Source of the DNA: Nitrospinales bacterium
GTDB taxonomy: Bacteria; Nitrospinota; Nitrospinia; Nitrospinales; VA-1
Reading direction: 5' to 3'
Length of the DNA stretch: 64,000 nt
NCBI GenBank assembly: GCA_965262115.1
Contig: OZ253496.1
Location: 672,001 to 736,000, forward strand
Shown here piece after piece: positions 38,101 to 47,276 of the stretch. Position numbers and translations under genes: made by a program. The notes under the pieces are model-generated. The model saw only the letters and a program-made list of their open reading frames with translations, was not told the DNA's origin and made no database searches. The first letter of the stretch is position 1, and every line of letters begins with the position of its first letter.

Positions 38101-40110
38101 GCCATGTTGGTCAAACTGAATCGGATGGCGTTTACCAGGATGCGGAGTTTTAAATTTCGGCCATTTAGTAACCGTTTCCCGCTCAGACATGGCCTTATTA
38201 CCTTTCCAGCCATAATCCAATACAGAACCGTCGTACGCCTTGATCTGTTTGATCTGATCATCATGATGACCCGGTTGGCCCTTGGGCGGAAGCATGTACT
38301 TCACCCAGTCCTTGATATTGACGACCGGGATTTCTTTCGACCAGTCACTTTTTCCTTTTCCTACAATTTTAAACTTCTTGCCAAACCAGTCCATGGTTTT
38401 ACCGACCAGCTTGTCTGAAGTTTGTCCTTTGGGAATTCTTCCCGCACGATCAGGAAGTTCTTTCAAGGGACGCATGATATCGGTGCTTTCAAACGGATAG
38501 TTGCCCGTCTGCAGGATGTTGTAAACCCTCCAATAGCCCCACATACCTGCTACGTAATGATGCGCAACGTGACAATGGAACAGGAAGTCCCCTGCCAGAC
38601 GTTGACAAAGTCCGGATCCACATTCCGTTTCCAGATCCATAACTTCTGAAGGACCAATGACTTGAACGTCAACACGAGCTGAAGTTGTTCTTACAACAGG
38701 ATACTTAACAGGACCGTCATAAGCCGCTGTGGTCAGGTTCAGCAACTGCTGAGCTTCACGTTGTGGAGAACGGGTCCAACGAATGGTTCCACCATGCGGA
38801 TGATGGGAATGGAAAACTTCACCACCGCCATGCACGAGGCGGAATTTTGCCGGATCACCCAGATAGGAACGGGGAATCGTGGTCGGAGCATCTCCGAAAG
38901 TGTAAGAGCTGTAAGCCAGAGATTCGTCTTCAAAATGAAATTTCTTTTCCTGAACAGCCAGGTTGTTGATACCAAACGGCTCGGAGCGGAAATTCAAAGC
39001 GCGTGCAGAAGGACGGTATGCGTCTGTCTGCGGATCACGTTGAGGGATCATTTCGCCATGACGGTTGAGGGGGCGAAAAGATTCGTCACCCACTTCGTGG
39101 TACATCAGAGTAAATTCCCGAAAATCCTTGGCATTGTCATTGACAATCATGGCCATCCAGCCGCTTTCCAGCGGACCACCGGTCCATGGATCCAAGTAAC
39201 GGGCACCTCTCGGCTCAACAATAAACGTTCCGATCAATCCCAGAGAAGAAGGATCACGACCCGCATGATTCTGAATCATGTGACCACCTTCCTGCTCATC
39301 GATTGGGATGTACCACTCATAGTCTTGTGACTCTTCGGCCGCCACAATGGAGCCCGGAGTCGCCGCCGTGTTGGGTTGACCGCTGGAACTGATGATCATA
39401 GCGGACCCATTAATCTGAAAACCCGCGTCCTCATCTTCCAACTGGTTCGTAAATTTAACGCGGACACATTCTCCCTGATTACCTCTGATAACTAAGGGTT
39501 GAATGGCATCGCCTTGAAGGCCGTTAGAAACCGCACCGGGATCCATTCCGTATTCACGAGCGGCTGCATTTTTTTCCTCTTCAGCGCGGACTTTATCAAT
39601 GTTCTTATCCAGAACATACATATAGCCTGGGTAGTAATCGCCCCATTGGTTGAGAGTGACTTCCACATTAATCGCCGAGATATTATATTGTTTTACGGGA
39701 ATGTTGCTGGGACAGTGGGCACCTTTATATACTTTTGCTGCCGCTTCCGTTGGCCCGAGGAGATAGCTTTGTCCCAACTGATGGGCGGCCCAGGAGTCGT
39801 GAAAACCGCCACCGGATGAAGCCGGGCTGGCGTGTTCCTTGAGCTTGGATTTTAACTGGTCCATGATTCTCATCATGGTGTTGTCCAGTTTGCCCTGACT
39901 GCCTTCCATGCCGGACATTAGGTCTTCATGCTCAAGTTGTTTTTCAAGCTTTTCCAACCATGCGGGTTTGTCTACCGCAGCATTGCCGAGATTGTGACCG
40001 CCATGTGAATGGTCAGTCGAGACCGCGCCTGCCGGGACAGAAAGCCCCAAGGTCATAAGAATGACCGCAAACGCATGCCAGTTTTTCCATCCCTTTTTGA
40101 CACCAAACAT
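35158..40110 (-). CDS. 1650-aa MnxG-like multicopper oxidase, exported
   Basis: AGGAGG RBS, signal peptide, His-rich start; HSHHPHG, HCHVAHH-x4-M, then IHPH and WHDH; further cupredoxin repeats with degenerate ligands. Confidence 0.85.
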   Translation of the reverse strand: MFGVKKGWKNWHAFAVILMTLGLSVPAGAVSTDHSHGGHNLGNAAVDKPAWLEKLEKQLEHEDLMSGMEGSQGKLDNTMMRIMDQLKSKLKEHASPASSGGGFHDSWAAHQLGQSYLLGPTEAAAKVYKGAHCPSNIPVKQYNISAINVEVTLNQWGDYYPGYMYVLDKNIDKVRAEEEKNAAAREYGMDPGAVSNGLQGDAIQPLVIRGNQGECVRVKFTNQLEDEDAGFQINGSAMIISSSGQPNTAATPGSIVAAEESQDYEWYIPIDEQEGGHMIQNHAGRDPSSLGLIGTFIVEPRGARYLDPWTGGPLESGWMAMIVNDNAKDFREFTLMYHEVGDESFRPLNRHGEMIPQRDPQTDAYRPSARALNFRSEPFGINNLAVQEKKFHFEDESLAYSSYTFGDAPTTIPRSYLGDPAKFRLVHGGGEVFHSHHPHGGTIRWTRSPQREAQQLLNLTTAAYDGPVKYPVVRTTSARVDVQVIGPSEVMDLETECGSGLCQRLAGDFLFHCHVAHHYVAGMWGYWRVYNILQTGNYPFESTDIMRPLKELPDRAGRIPKGQTSDKLVGKTMDWFGKKFKIVGKGKSDWSKEIPVVNIKDWVKYMLPPKGQPGHHDDQIKQIKAYDGSVLDYGWKGNKAMSERETVTKWPKFKTPHPGKRHPIQFDQHGKLAWPHLTPHFGKRVPFARNHGGAPWLEPFHMQTDPEVITKTESGSARSGPDMENTGGAKPGEQGRWSLCPRGAGRKQYNLHFINTPIELAGQIGKTPPVIDKYGLIYVIDEEMAEKKADPKKAIPLVIRANVYDCVDVLLSSEWDDDDFTNFQMSKVNIHPHFFQFDNQASDGVITGFSYDQSMRSYKQFTKKMKDGHHVGMPVPMNAKLLKATKPGDSTIQVQMAKGSPTYHVGADIIVGIEVPNGKDARWITNITPDPNKGPAKDGKYTIKFSEGMTHAHAAGHIVTTEYVRYRWWVDVDMGLVFWHDHAFGATTWPHGGIGSTIAEPWGSTYHDPTTGKLIRSGPVADIHSTEIVGYNTQGSFRELVAQVSDTVPHTAQLVTAGNPPGLSRENAIAAGQSISFQMPTDMLEVAFPLLNGGTHTTGGAFNFRAASLAARIASNKDASKLFSSKVHGDPSTPMLRAYVGDNIVFRLLAGMQNETHTFVVSGHGYRPERYDRDSRVTNTIHIGIAERYDLPTKAGGFQQMAGDYLYYNGRTSKLSEGSWGIIRVHDEVQKDLKILPGNTDFKKKVKKTVCPKGAPVKNFSVVAIDKALKFHPSAEDEIEVDFERKLLLANASAKIYALEGEVKQAADDGHMPHPLTLRVNIGDCVKIKLTNRLKKGNASIHANNIAFDPKDSQGINVGNNPGDQTVAPGKSKTYTFYAHPEFKINGSLLWDFGNLLTNIRDGLYGGIIIGPRGSVYRDPETGKDISLGNSWKADVIIDKSYPENAKIDNYRDFALYFQDEDNIIGTSFMPYLQNVAGLTGVNYRLEPWLYREDEGCELGNMFTACVAADSDPATPTLKAHAGDQIMINIFGAHNEQNQVFNMDGHQWRRHMDQNGSDMIDAEQFGAGEYIQAYTKAGGTYNNPGTYLWLNARTPYQQAGQWGYFKVLPVGDRSILPLGKATVKGVKTASQPEEGEKSASKAGDDKLSMR

Positions 40111-40324
40111 TTGCTACCTCCTAGTAGTGCGTCTAAAAATGGCTAAACAAAAACCGTTGAATGTAGTTTTTTTCTGAATCTATATAGCGGCCCCTTCCAC
40201 CCCCTAAAATGGTAGGCCAAAAAATTTAACCCCTTATATCAAAAGGTTTATAAGATTTCTTGTGTAAAACAAAACATCCCCGCAGACAAAAACCTTGCAT
40301 TTTGGGTGCGCCAATTTAACAAAT

Positions 40325-41698
40325 TTAATTTTCCCTGACAAGCCCCAAATGAAACTTTTTATCATTTCTCCAAACCAACAGAAAAATCGCACTTCCTTTG
40401 TTAATTTTGCCTAATAATCGGTCAAAATCGGGCTGATTTTCAACGACCTCTCCATTGACCGCCGTGATCAGGTCCCCAGACAGCAACCCCTTCAAGCCAG
40501 CAGGACTCTCCGGGTTGACGCTGGACACCAGAGCCCCGGCAGGCAAATGCGTTCCCTTTGCCGGATCCTCCACGCTGAACCCCAGTCCCGATGGACTTAA
40601 AGGCGACAAATTGGCCAATTGGGTAGTGTTTCTCTTCCTCGATTCCAGTTTGACCGACACCATTTGGGATTTGCCGTCCCGCAGAATATCCAGATTGATG
40701 GTCTGCCCCGGCGTGATCGCCCCAATCACTCGAATCATTTTATTCGGGGAATCAATGTGAGATCCGCCAATCTTCAGAATGATATCGCCTATTTTGAGAC
40801 CCGCTCGATCAGCCGGGTCGCCCTCAAAAATAGAATTGATGATGACCCCTTTTCCCTCCTGCACATTAACTCGTTGGGCAACCTCCTCGGTTACAGGGTC
40901 AATGCCGACCCCCAGCCAGCCGCGATGCACCTCGCCATTTGCCACCAATTGTTCCACCACATGCTTGACCATATTGGATGGAATAGAAAAACCGATGCTC
41001 TGGGCGTAATTAATGATCGCTGTGTTGATGCCAATCACTTCCCCTTTGATGTTCAAGAGAGGTCCACCGCTACTGCCCGGGTTGATAGAAGCATCGGTCT
41101 GCAGGAAATCTTCATAACGAGAGAGATTGACATTTTCCCTCTTCAGTCCGCTGATAATGCCAAAAGTGGTGGTGTCATTAAGTCCATACGGATTGCCCAC
41201 CGCGACCACCAGTTGACCGACGCGGACTTTACTGGAGTCTCCAAACTTAACTTCGGTCAACGGCTTGTCGGAGGATACATGAATCACGGCGAGATCGGTG
41301 TCTTCATCGGTCCCCAGCACTTCACCGATGATCTCCCGGCCATCCTTAAAGGTCACCTTGATTTTGTTAACATTGCGCACCACATGACTGTTGGTGACAA
41401 TAAGGCCCTTTTCAGCATTGTAGACAACCCCTGCTCCGGCATTTGTGGGCCTGCCCCTGTTGGGCAGCCCCTGCCCGATAGCGCCTTTAGCAACATAAGG
41501 TGACAAGCTGACAACCGCAGGACGCACCTGATCCGCGAGTTCCACCAATTCGTTTTCCATCTGCTCCAAAATTCCCGCTTCGCCTGAAAAAGGAATCGCA
41601 AAAAGCAGAGCGGCAAAAAATAAAACAAATATCACCTGTAGGTTTTGTAATAGGTATTGAAAGAAATTCCCGGTTTTAGAAAAATAATGTTTCACCAT
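40325..41698 (-). CDS. Do/DegP/HtrA serine protease with two PDZ domains
   Basis: TNSHVV, TDLAV, QTDASINPGSSGGPL, RGWLGV. Confidence 0.93.
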   Translation of the reverse strand: MVKHYFSKTGNFFQYLLQNLQVIFVLFFAALLFAIPFSGEAGILEQMENELVELADQVRPAVVSLSPYVAKGAIGQGLPNRGRPTNAGAGVVYNAEKGLIVTNSHVVRNVNKIKVTFKDGREIIGEVLGTDEDTDLAVIHVSSDKPLTEVKFGDSSKVRVGQLVVAVGNPYGLNDTTTFGIISGLKRENVNLSRYEDFLQTDASINPGSSGGPLLNIKGEVIGINTAIINYAQSIGFSIPSNMVKHVVEQLVANGEVHRGWLGVGIDPVTEEVAQRVNVQEGKGVIINSIFEGDPADRAGLKIGDIILKIGGSHIDSPNKMIRVIGAITPGQTINLDILRDGKSQMVSVKLESRKRNTTQLANLSPLSPSGLGFSVEDPAKGTHLPAGALVSSVNPESPAGLKGLLSGDLITAVNGEVVENQPDFDRLLGKINKGSAIFLLVWRNDKKFHLGLVREN

Positions 41699-41876
41699 TG
41701 ATCCGTTATCAAAGAAAAACGACAGAAGGTACGTTTTGAATGGAAAGAGCTTTAATGTTTTTTCGCTCCCAGAGCTTGATTTTTCGGCACGGGCATGAAA
41801 AAGTAAGAGGGTCGCTATCTAATGTAATTTCAATTTATATAAACTATCCATTCTCATGTCAAGTGGGAAGCCCGTT

Positions 41877-42578
41877 ATGACATTATCATCTATTGATTTC
41901 GAAGCTAAATCTGCGGAAGAACTGTTGCGTTGGAGTATGGACCAATATGGCGTTAAAGCTGGACTGGCATCCAGCTTCGGCATGGAAGACATGGTGCTCA
42001 TCGACATGATCGCCAAACTCGATGGCCCCCTCACCATCTTCACCCTCGATACCGGACGACTTCATGAAGAAACCTATGAAGTCATGGACCGGGTGCGATC
42101 CAAATATGGACTCGAAATCAAAACCTATTTTCCCGACCACAATGAAGTCGAGCGTCTGGTTCGGGAAAAAGGGTTTTTCTCGTTCCGTGAAAGCGTGGAC
42201 AACCGCAAGGAGTGTTGCTACATCCGCAAAGTGGAGCCGCTGAATAGAGCATTGGGAGAATTGAAAGCCTGGGTGACAGGATTAAGACGGGCCCAAGGGG
42301 TCACGCGGACAGATATCCCAAAAGTCATGGAAGATCCGGATCATCCTCCTTTAATAAAAATCAATCCTCTTGCGGAATGGACCGAGGAACAGGTATTGAC
42401 CTATATTACGGAACACAATGTTCCTATCAACGTCCTGCATAGAAGAAATTACCCCAGCATTGGTTGTGCCCCCTGCACACGTCCGGTAGAACCCGGTGAA
42501 GACATCCGCGCCGGGCGCTGGTGGTGGGAAAACCCGGAACATAAAGAATGTGGCCTCCACCAGCGTAACGCCCACTAG
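41877..42578 (+). CDS. cysH: Thioredoxin-dependent APS/PAPS reductase (4Fe-4S, APS-type)
   Basis: LDTG, ECCYIRK, GLRRAQ, SIGCAPCT, ECGLH. Confidence 0.93.
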   Translation: MTLSSIDFEAKSAEELLRWSMDQYGVKAGLASSFGMEDMVLIDMIAKLDGPLTIFTLDTGRLHEETYEVMDRVRSKYGLEIKTYFPDHNEVERLVREKGFFSFRESVDNRKECCYIRKVEPLNRALGELKAWVTGLRRAQGVTRTDIPKVMEDPDHPPLIKINPLAEWTEEQVLTYITEHNVPINVLHRRNYPSIGCAPCTRPVEPGEDIRAGRWWWENPEHKECGLHQRNAH

Positions 42579-42590
42579 GCGTGGGGCCAA
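42572..42590 (+). repeat. 19-bp exact copy of the argS tandem-repeat junction
   Basis: CCACTAGGCGTGGGGCCAA equals the rc of 16557-16575 and 16359-16377; contains the cysH TAG. Confidence 0.8.
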
Positions 42591-42623
42591 CTAGCCATAC
42601 TTTCACTTGCTAACCAGAAATAG

Positions 42624-43295
42624 CTATTGCTCATTGCCACCGGCGGCTCGCCGGTAGCGGTCTATATCGGAAAATACCCAGACGATGAATTGCAGGACGG
42701 AACGGCACACAGAACGTAATTTTTTAGTGCCCCGTTCACTCTCATTCTTGCGAAGACCTGCAAAATATTCTTCGGTCTCGGCAAAGATCATCGGCAAAAA
42801 CTTCACCGCCATTACCGAAACAGCAAGCAGGTCGCGGATGATCGGCAAACGATATGTCATGGGACCAAGCAGCTTATCCAGGCCTCCCATCCAGTCCGCC
42901 GTCGTGCGCACCAGCACCAGGGATATAAGGAGAATGTTCAGCAGTCGCGCGGAGGATTCTAGACCCAACGCCAAGCCTTCACGCGAAAGGGTGACGGGAA
43001 TCCACGCAGGCAGGTCAATATAAAACCCCGGAGTGAACAGCACAGGAAAAATCGCGATGGCCAAAAAAAACCAGGTCATGCGCCGGATGACATGAAAAAT
43101 TTCTTTAACAGGCACTCGGGCTACGAGAACTCCCAACACCGACAGCAAACCGACCACGGAGAGGGCCCAGCTATTGCCTACTCCCGCTCCTATTAACAGG
43201 AATAAAGCGGCGATGATTTTAGTTTCCGGCTTTAAGTTATGGAGAACGCTGTCACCCGCCACATAACCACCATTTTTAGTGCTGTGGATTTTCAA
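42624..43295 (-). CDS. ECF transporter transmembrane (T) component, CbiQ/EcfT family
   Basis: GYVAGDSVLHNLKPETKI, FTPG, RL...VRTT, KFLP. Start approximate; the ORF-track extension is antisense to the HD gene. Confidence 0.72.
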   Translation of the reverse strand: MKIHSTKNGGYVAGDSVLHNLKPETKIIAALFLLIGAGVGNSWALSVVGLLSVLGVLVARVPVKEIFHVIRRMTWFFLAIAIFPVLFTPGFYIDLPAWIPVTLSREGLALGLESSARLLNILLISLVLVRTTADWMGGLDKLLGPMTYRLPIIRDLLAVSVMAVKFLPMIFAETEEYFAGLRKNESERGTKKLRSVCRSVLQFIVWVFSDIDRYRRAAGGNEQ

Positions 43296-43364
43296 TTGTT
43301 CGTTGATCCTTAAATCGGGATATGAAATGATACCGCTGTTCATGAACCTTAAAATTATCAGACC

Positions 43365-44009
43365 ATGCCTATTATAAATAAAACCTGTCGCTTTGTGGAG
43401 CAGAAGCTCGCAGGTGACGGGTCTGGCCACGACTGGTGGCATATCTACCGGGTATGGAACCTGGCAAAAAATATCGCCAAACAGGAGGGGGCCAATTTGC
43501 TCATCGTTGAGTTGTCCGCCCTGCTCCACGATATTGCCGACTGGAAATTTCACGACGGTGACGACAGCAAAGGCCCGCAAATGGCAGAACAGTTCCTTAT
43601 AGATAATCAAGTGGAGCGTAAAGTGATCGACCCGGTCGTTGAAATCGTCGCCAGCATCTCTTACAAGGGTGCCGGAGTTGCCACTCCCATGCAAACACTT
43701 GAAGGCAAAGTGGTGCAAGATGCCGACCGGCTTGACGCCATTGGGGCAATGGGCATCGCCCACACTTTCGCCTATGGCGGAAACAAAAACCGTTTGATGT
43801 ATCACCCTGATGAAAAGCCAGTCATGCATCAGAGTTTTGCGGATTACAAAAAAAATACCGGGCACACCATCAACCATTTTTATGAAAAACTGCTTTTACT
43901 GAAAGACCGGATGAACACGGCCTCGGCCAAAAAGATGGCGGAAGGTAGACACCAGTTCATGCAGGCGTATCTCGATCAGTTTTATGAGGAGTGGGATGGA
44001 AAAGCTTGA
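43365..44009 (+). CDS. HD-domain phosphohydrolase
   Basis: GHDWWHIYRV, LLHDIAD, VQDADRLDAIGA, HFYEKLL. Confidence 0.92.
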   Translation: MPIINKTCRFVEQKLAGDGSGHDWWHIYRVWNLAKNIAKQEGANLLIVELSALLHDIADWKFHDGDDSKGPQMAEQFLIDNQVERKVIDPVVEIVASISYKGAGVATPMQTLEGKVVQDADRLDAIGAMGIAHTFAYGGNKNRLMYHPDEKPVMHQSFADYKKNTGHTINHFYEKLLLLKDRMNTASAKKMAEGRHQFMQAYLDQFYEEWDGKA

Positions 44010-44823
44010 AATTCTGCACGAAGCCTCGGACCTGATTAAAAAGTCCAGACGCACACTGTTCTTAACCAGCGCCGGCATGAGCGCCGACTCCAACATCCCG
44101 ACATTCAGGGACAAGGACGGTTATTGGAGAAATTTTCCTCCCTTCAAAGACAAAAACCTGGAAGCGCAGGATCTGGCCAGCCCCTGGGCGTTTCGTAATG
44201 AATTGCCGCACGCCTGGGCTTTTTATGAATGGCGACGTCGTAACGCTCAGGAAAACCAGCCGCATGAGGGTTATCGGATCATCAACAAATGGCTTGAGGC
44301 TCAGGATGGATTCATCCACACCACCAATACCGATGGTTTGCATTTGCGATCAGGTTGCCCCGAAGACCGCATTCTTGAAGTTCACGGCTCTATGTGGCGA
44401 CTGCAATGCCTCAATACCTGCACCTACCAGTTCTGGGAAGAACTTGCGGTCCCGCTTTGCGATCTCGACACGGGTACGATGAAAGCCTCCAATTATCCAA
44501 CTTGCAAAAGTTGCCGGGGAATCGCCCGCCCTCATATCCTGATGTTTGGAGACGGGGAATACACGGGGCACCCTGAACAGGAAGGAAGTTTTAAGAGGTT
44601 TGTGCAGGAACCGATTGACCTGACGATTCTGGTCGGCAGTTCGGGAGCCGTTCCCACTAATGATTATATTGCTGTTCATTTCAAGGAACGGGGAACCCCG
44701 GTCATCAATATCAATCTGGACCCATCCAGCAATCGCATCGTCAACACGGATTTATTTATTGAAATGAAAGGCAAAGAGGCCTTCGCCGAACTGGATCGAA
44801 TCACTTTCGGAAGCGGCGATTGA
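43996..44823 (+). CDS. Sir2-family NAD-dependent protein deacylase
   Basis: AGMSADSNIPTFR, TTNTDGLH, EVHGS, CxxxC...CxxC, RPHILMFG, GSSG. Confidence 0.88.
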   Translation: MEKLEILHEASDLIKKSRRTLFLTSAGMSADSNIPTFRDKDGYWRNFPPFKDKNLEAQDLASPWAFRNELPHAWAFYEWRRRNAQENQPHEGYRIINKWLEAQDGFIHTTNTDGLHLRSGCPEDRILEVHGSMWRLQCLNTCTYQFWEELAVPLCDLDTGTMKASNYPTCKSCRGIARPHILMFGDGEYTGHPEQEGSFKRFVQEPIDLTILVGSSGAVPTNDYIAVHFKERGTPVININLDPSSNRIVNTDLFIEMKGKEAFAELDRITFGSGD

Positions 44824-44968
44824 CCTCTGCCCTTTCTGCGGCATAAATTAGTGGCTAGATTTTATGTTTCCGTGAGTTGCCAATTTATAGTATCCTCACT
44901 CTCAAGCTAACGTAGATGAAACAGTTGTTTCTTTAGTCCAGAAAAACTTTTCCGACCAGGAGTTTAAT

Positions 44969-45604
44969 ATGCGGATCGTGCTTTTGACGTTAATGGTTTT
45001 ATTGATCCAGCCGATTCCTTCCTTCGCCAAATGTAAGCAGGCCGACATTTGCGAAATGATAAAGAAAATGGATCACTTCTCCATTCTCAACGTATGCCCA
45101 GGTTCGGGAACTATGCTTAAAGAATGCCGAAAAGTCAGTGAAGAAATACTTGAAGAGCTTGCCGAGCCGGCATTTGTGGACAACGGTGACGGAACGGTGA
45201 CCGATACCGTGAATAAACTGCGTTGGATCAAAAAAGGCGTGGTGAATAAATTAAAATTAAAAGATGCCAAGGCTTATGCGGAAGCAGAAACTTTTGCCGG
45301 AAGCTCTGATTGGCGCTTGCCCACCTTGGCAGAATTGAAAACTCTTATTTTCTCTAAGCGGGTCATCAACGCCAGCGGGAAAAAGGCCTGGATCAACCCT
45401 GTTTTTGATGATGGTCTTGGGCATTATTACTGGACCACCACCACCTGCGACCAGTTATCGGTTATAGAAGACCGCTATCAGCGAAAAATATGCCAACAAG
45501 GAAAAGGCGCCGCATGGCTGGTGCATTTCAATATCAATGCCGTCTTCTGGTTTCAGACCAGCGAAGAAAGACCTCATAGCTGGCTGGTGCAAAATGTAGA
45601 ATAG
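44969..45604 (+). CDS. Exported DUF1566 (Lcl C-terminal) domain protein
   Basis: FVDNGDGTVTD, DWRLPTLAEL, YWTTT, AWLVHF. Confidence 0.85.
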   Translation: MRIVLLTLMVLLIQPIPSFAKCKQADICEMIKKMDHFSILNVCPGSGTMLKECRKVSEEILEELAEPAFVDNGDGTVTDTVNKLRWIKKGVVNKLKLKDAKAYAEAETFAGSSDWRLPTLAELKTLIFSKRVINASGKKAWINPVFDDGLGHYYWTTTTCDQLSVIEDRYQRKICQQGKGAAWLVHFNINAVFWFQTSEERPHSWLVQNVE

Positions 45605-45625
45605 GCACCCATTCCCATGAGAGGG

Positions 45626-45665
45626 TGTGATATCCCCATCATTATCTTCATGCCCCGAAGGGCTA
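45626..45665 (+). mobile_element. Micro-element copy inside a C/G hairpin repeat
   Basis: TGTGATATCCCCATCATTATCTTCATG-CCCC-GAA-GGGC-TA. Confidence 0.7.
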
Positions 45666-45785
45666 GACGGCCGGGAAATCTCCCTCTATTGGACTGAAGT
45701 TCAAGGAAAAAAAGAATCCTCACCCCTCTTTTCTCCATCCACATACTGAGCCATTTTTATTTCCTGAAATCCAAGCTTTCATCCT

Positions 45786-47243
45786 TTGACTGACTACCTT
45801 AATTTGAATTTTCAAAATCGCTTTATCGGTCTGGGACCAGAGTTTTATCAGGCCAAGGCTCCAGATCCCGTGACCGATCCTTATCTGGTCGATTTTTCCC
45901 CTTTAGCCGGACAATTGATAGACCTGCCACCTGAAGCTGGCGGAAACAAGGATTTCATAGATCGCTTTAGCGGGAACAACCCTATGGAGGGCGCCGAGCC
46001 CCTGGCTATGGCTTATTCGGGCCACCAGTTCGGTTCTTACAATCCCAGACTGGGAGATGGACGCGGACTCTTGCTGGGCGAGGTGCAAAACCAAAACCAG
46101 GAAATCTGGGACATTCACCTGAAGGGTGCCGGTCCCACCCGGTTTGCCCGAGGCTTTGACGGAAGGGCAACCCTCAACTCTTCTATCCGCGAGCACCTCG
46201 CAAGCGAAGCTTTAAATGGACTGGGAATTCCCACCACCCGTTCGCTAGCCGTCATTGGAATTCGCGAACTGATCTACCGACAAAAACCGGAGTTGGCGGC
46301 AATACTGGTCAGAATCGCCGATTCACATATCCGCTTTGGTAATTTCGAGTTTTTTCACTATACCGGACAGGGAAAAAATGTGGAGCGGCTGTTGGAGTTT
46401 TCTATTCAAAATTATTATCCGGATATTATCGAAGAGTCCGACCGCTATCGAATATTTTTTCAACGTACCGTTCAGCGCACCGCAAAACTTATCGCAAAAT
46501 GGCAAGCGGTGGGATTCATCCATGGCGTGATGAACACCGACAATATGTGCATCACCGGCACCACTTTTGACTATGGCCCTTATGGGTTTATGGACCGTTT
46601 TGCTCCTGATCATACCCCCAATCATTCTGACACGCATGGGCGATATGCTTACAACCAGCAACCTGAGATCGGTTTCTGGAATCTCAACAAATTAGCAGAA
46701 ACCCTCGTTGCTCTGATTGGCGCGGAGAACCTGGAAGAAGAAATGAAACAATACCAGCCGCTTTTCAATCGCTTCTATCGCGAAGAAATCGGTAAAAAAC
46801 TGGGGCTGGCTATTCTGGACTCGGAGTTCACACAACTGGTTCAGAGAATGTTCCAACTGCTTCATGAGCATCAATTTGATTACACCAACTTCTTCAGGTT
46901 TCTCGCAGACCACCCGGCGAACGGCAACAATGGCGAGTTAAAATCGTGGCTGAGTCAATACCTTGCTCTGGCTCAACGGGAAGGCACAAGCCATGAAGAA
47001 CGAAAAGCACAAATGGACTCCATTAATCCCAAGTTTATTTTGAGAAATCATTTGCTACAAACGGCTCTGGATAAAGCGCTCAAGGAATCGGATTTTTCTG
47101 AAATCGCACGCCTTAGAATCCTTTTGGAAGATCCATTCCAGGATCGACCAGAAGTTTTTGAGAAATACGGAATCGACTCTGAACACTATGCCCAGGATAC
47201 TCCGGAAACATTTCTCTGCCGACAAACCAGTTGTTCAGCATAA
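45786..47243 (+). CDS. selO: SelO/YdiU protein adenylyltransferase
   Basis: YSGHQFG...LGDGR, LKGAGPT, DGRA, HGVMNTDN, DYGPY, NPKFILRN. Confidence 0.95.
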   Translation: MTDYLNLNFQNRFIGLGPEFYQAKAPDPVTDPYLVDFSPLAGQLIDLPPEAGGNKDFIDRFSGNNPMEGAEPLAMAYSGHQFGSYNPRLGDGRGLLLGEVQNQNQEIWDIHLKGAGPTRFARGFDGRATLNSSIREHLASEALNGLGIPTTRSLAVIGIRELIYRQKPELAAILVRIADSHIRFGNFEFFHYTGQGKNVERLLEFSIQNYYPDIIEESDRYRIFFQRTVQRTAKLIAKWQAVGFIHGVMNTDNMCITGTTFDYGPYGFMDRFAPDHTPNHSDTHGRYAYNQQPEIGFWNLNKLAETLVALIGAENLEEEMKQYQPLFNRFYREEIGKKLGLAILDSEFTQLVQRMFQLLHEHQFDYTNFFRFLADHPANGNNGELKSWLSQYLALAQREGTSHEERKAQMDSINPKFILRNHLLQTALDKALKESDFSEIARLRILLEDPFQDRPEVFEKYGIDSEHYAQDTPETFLCRQTSCSA

Positions 47244-47276
47244 CAAGGCAATCTTATAGATTGCAGAAAGGAAGCA

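Noticed and set aside
41783..41815. Degenerate micro-element copy (CGGCACGGGCATGAA)
   Set aside because: Hairpin and far end are not preserved; too weak to call.
43296..43877. N-terminal half of the 417-aa ORF (apparent fusion to EcfT)
   Set aside because: Antisense to the well-conserved HD gene; an open-frame artefact.
47220..47243. Selenocysteine at the SelO C-terminus
   Set aside because: Ends CRQTSCSA with TAA; no in-frame TGA.
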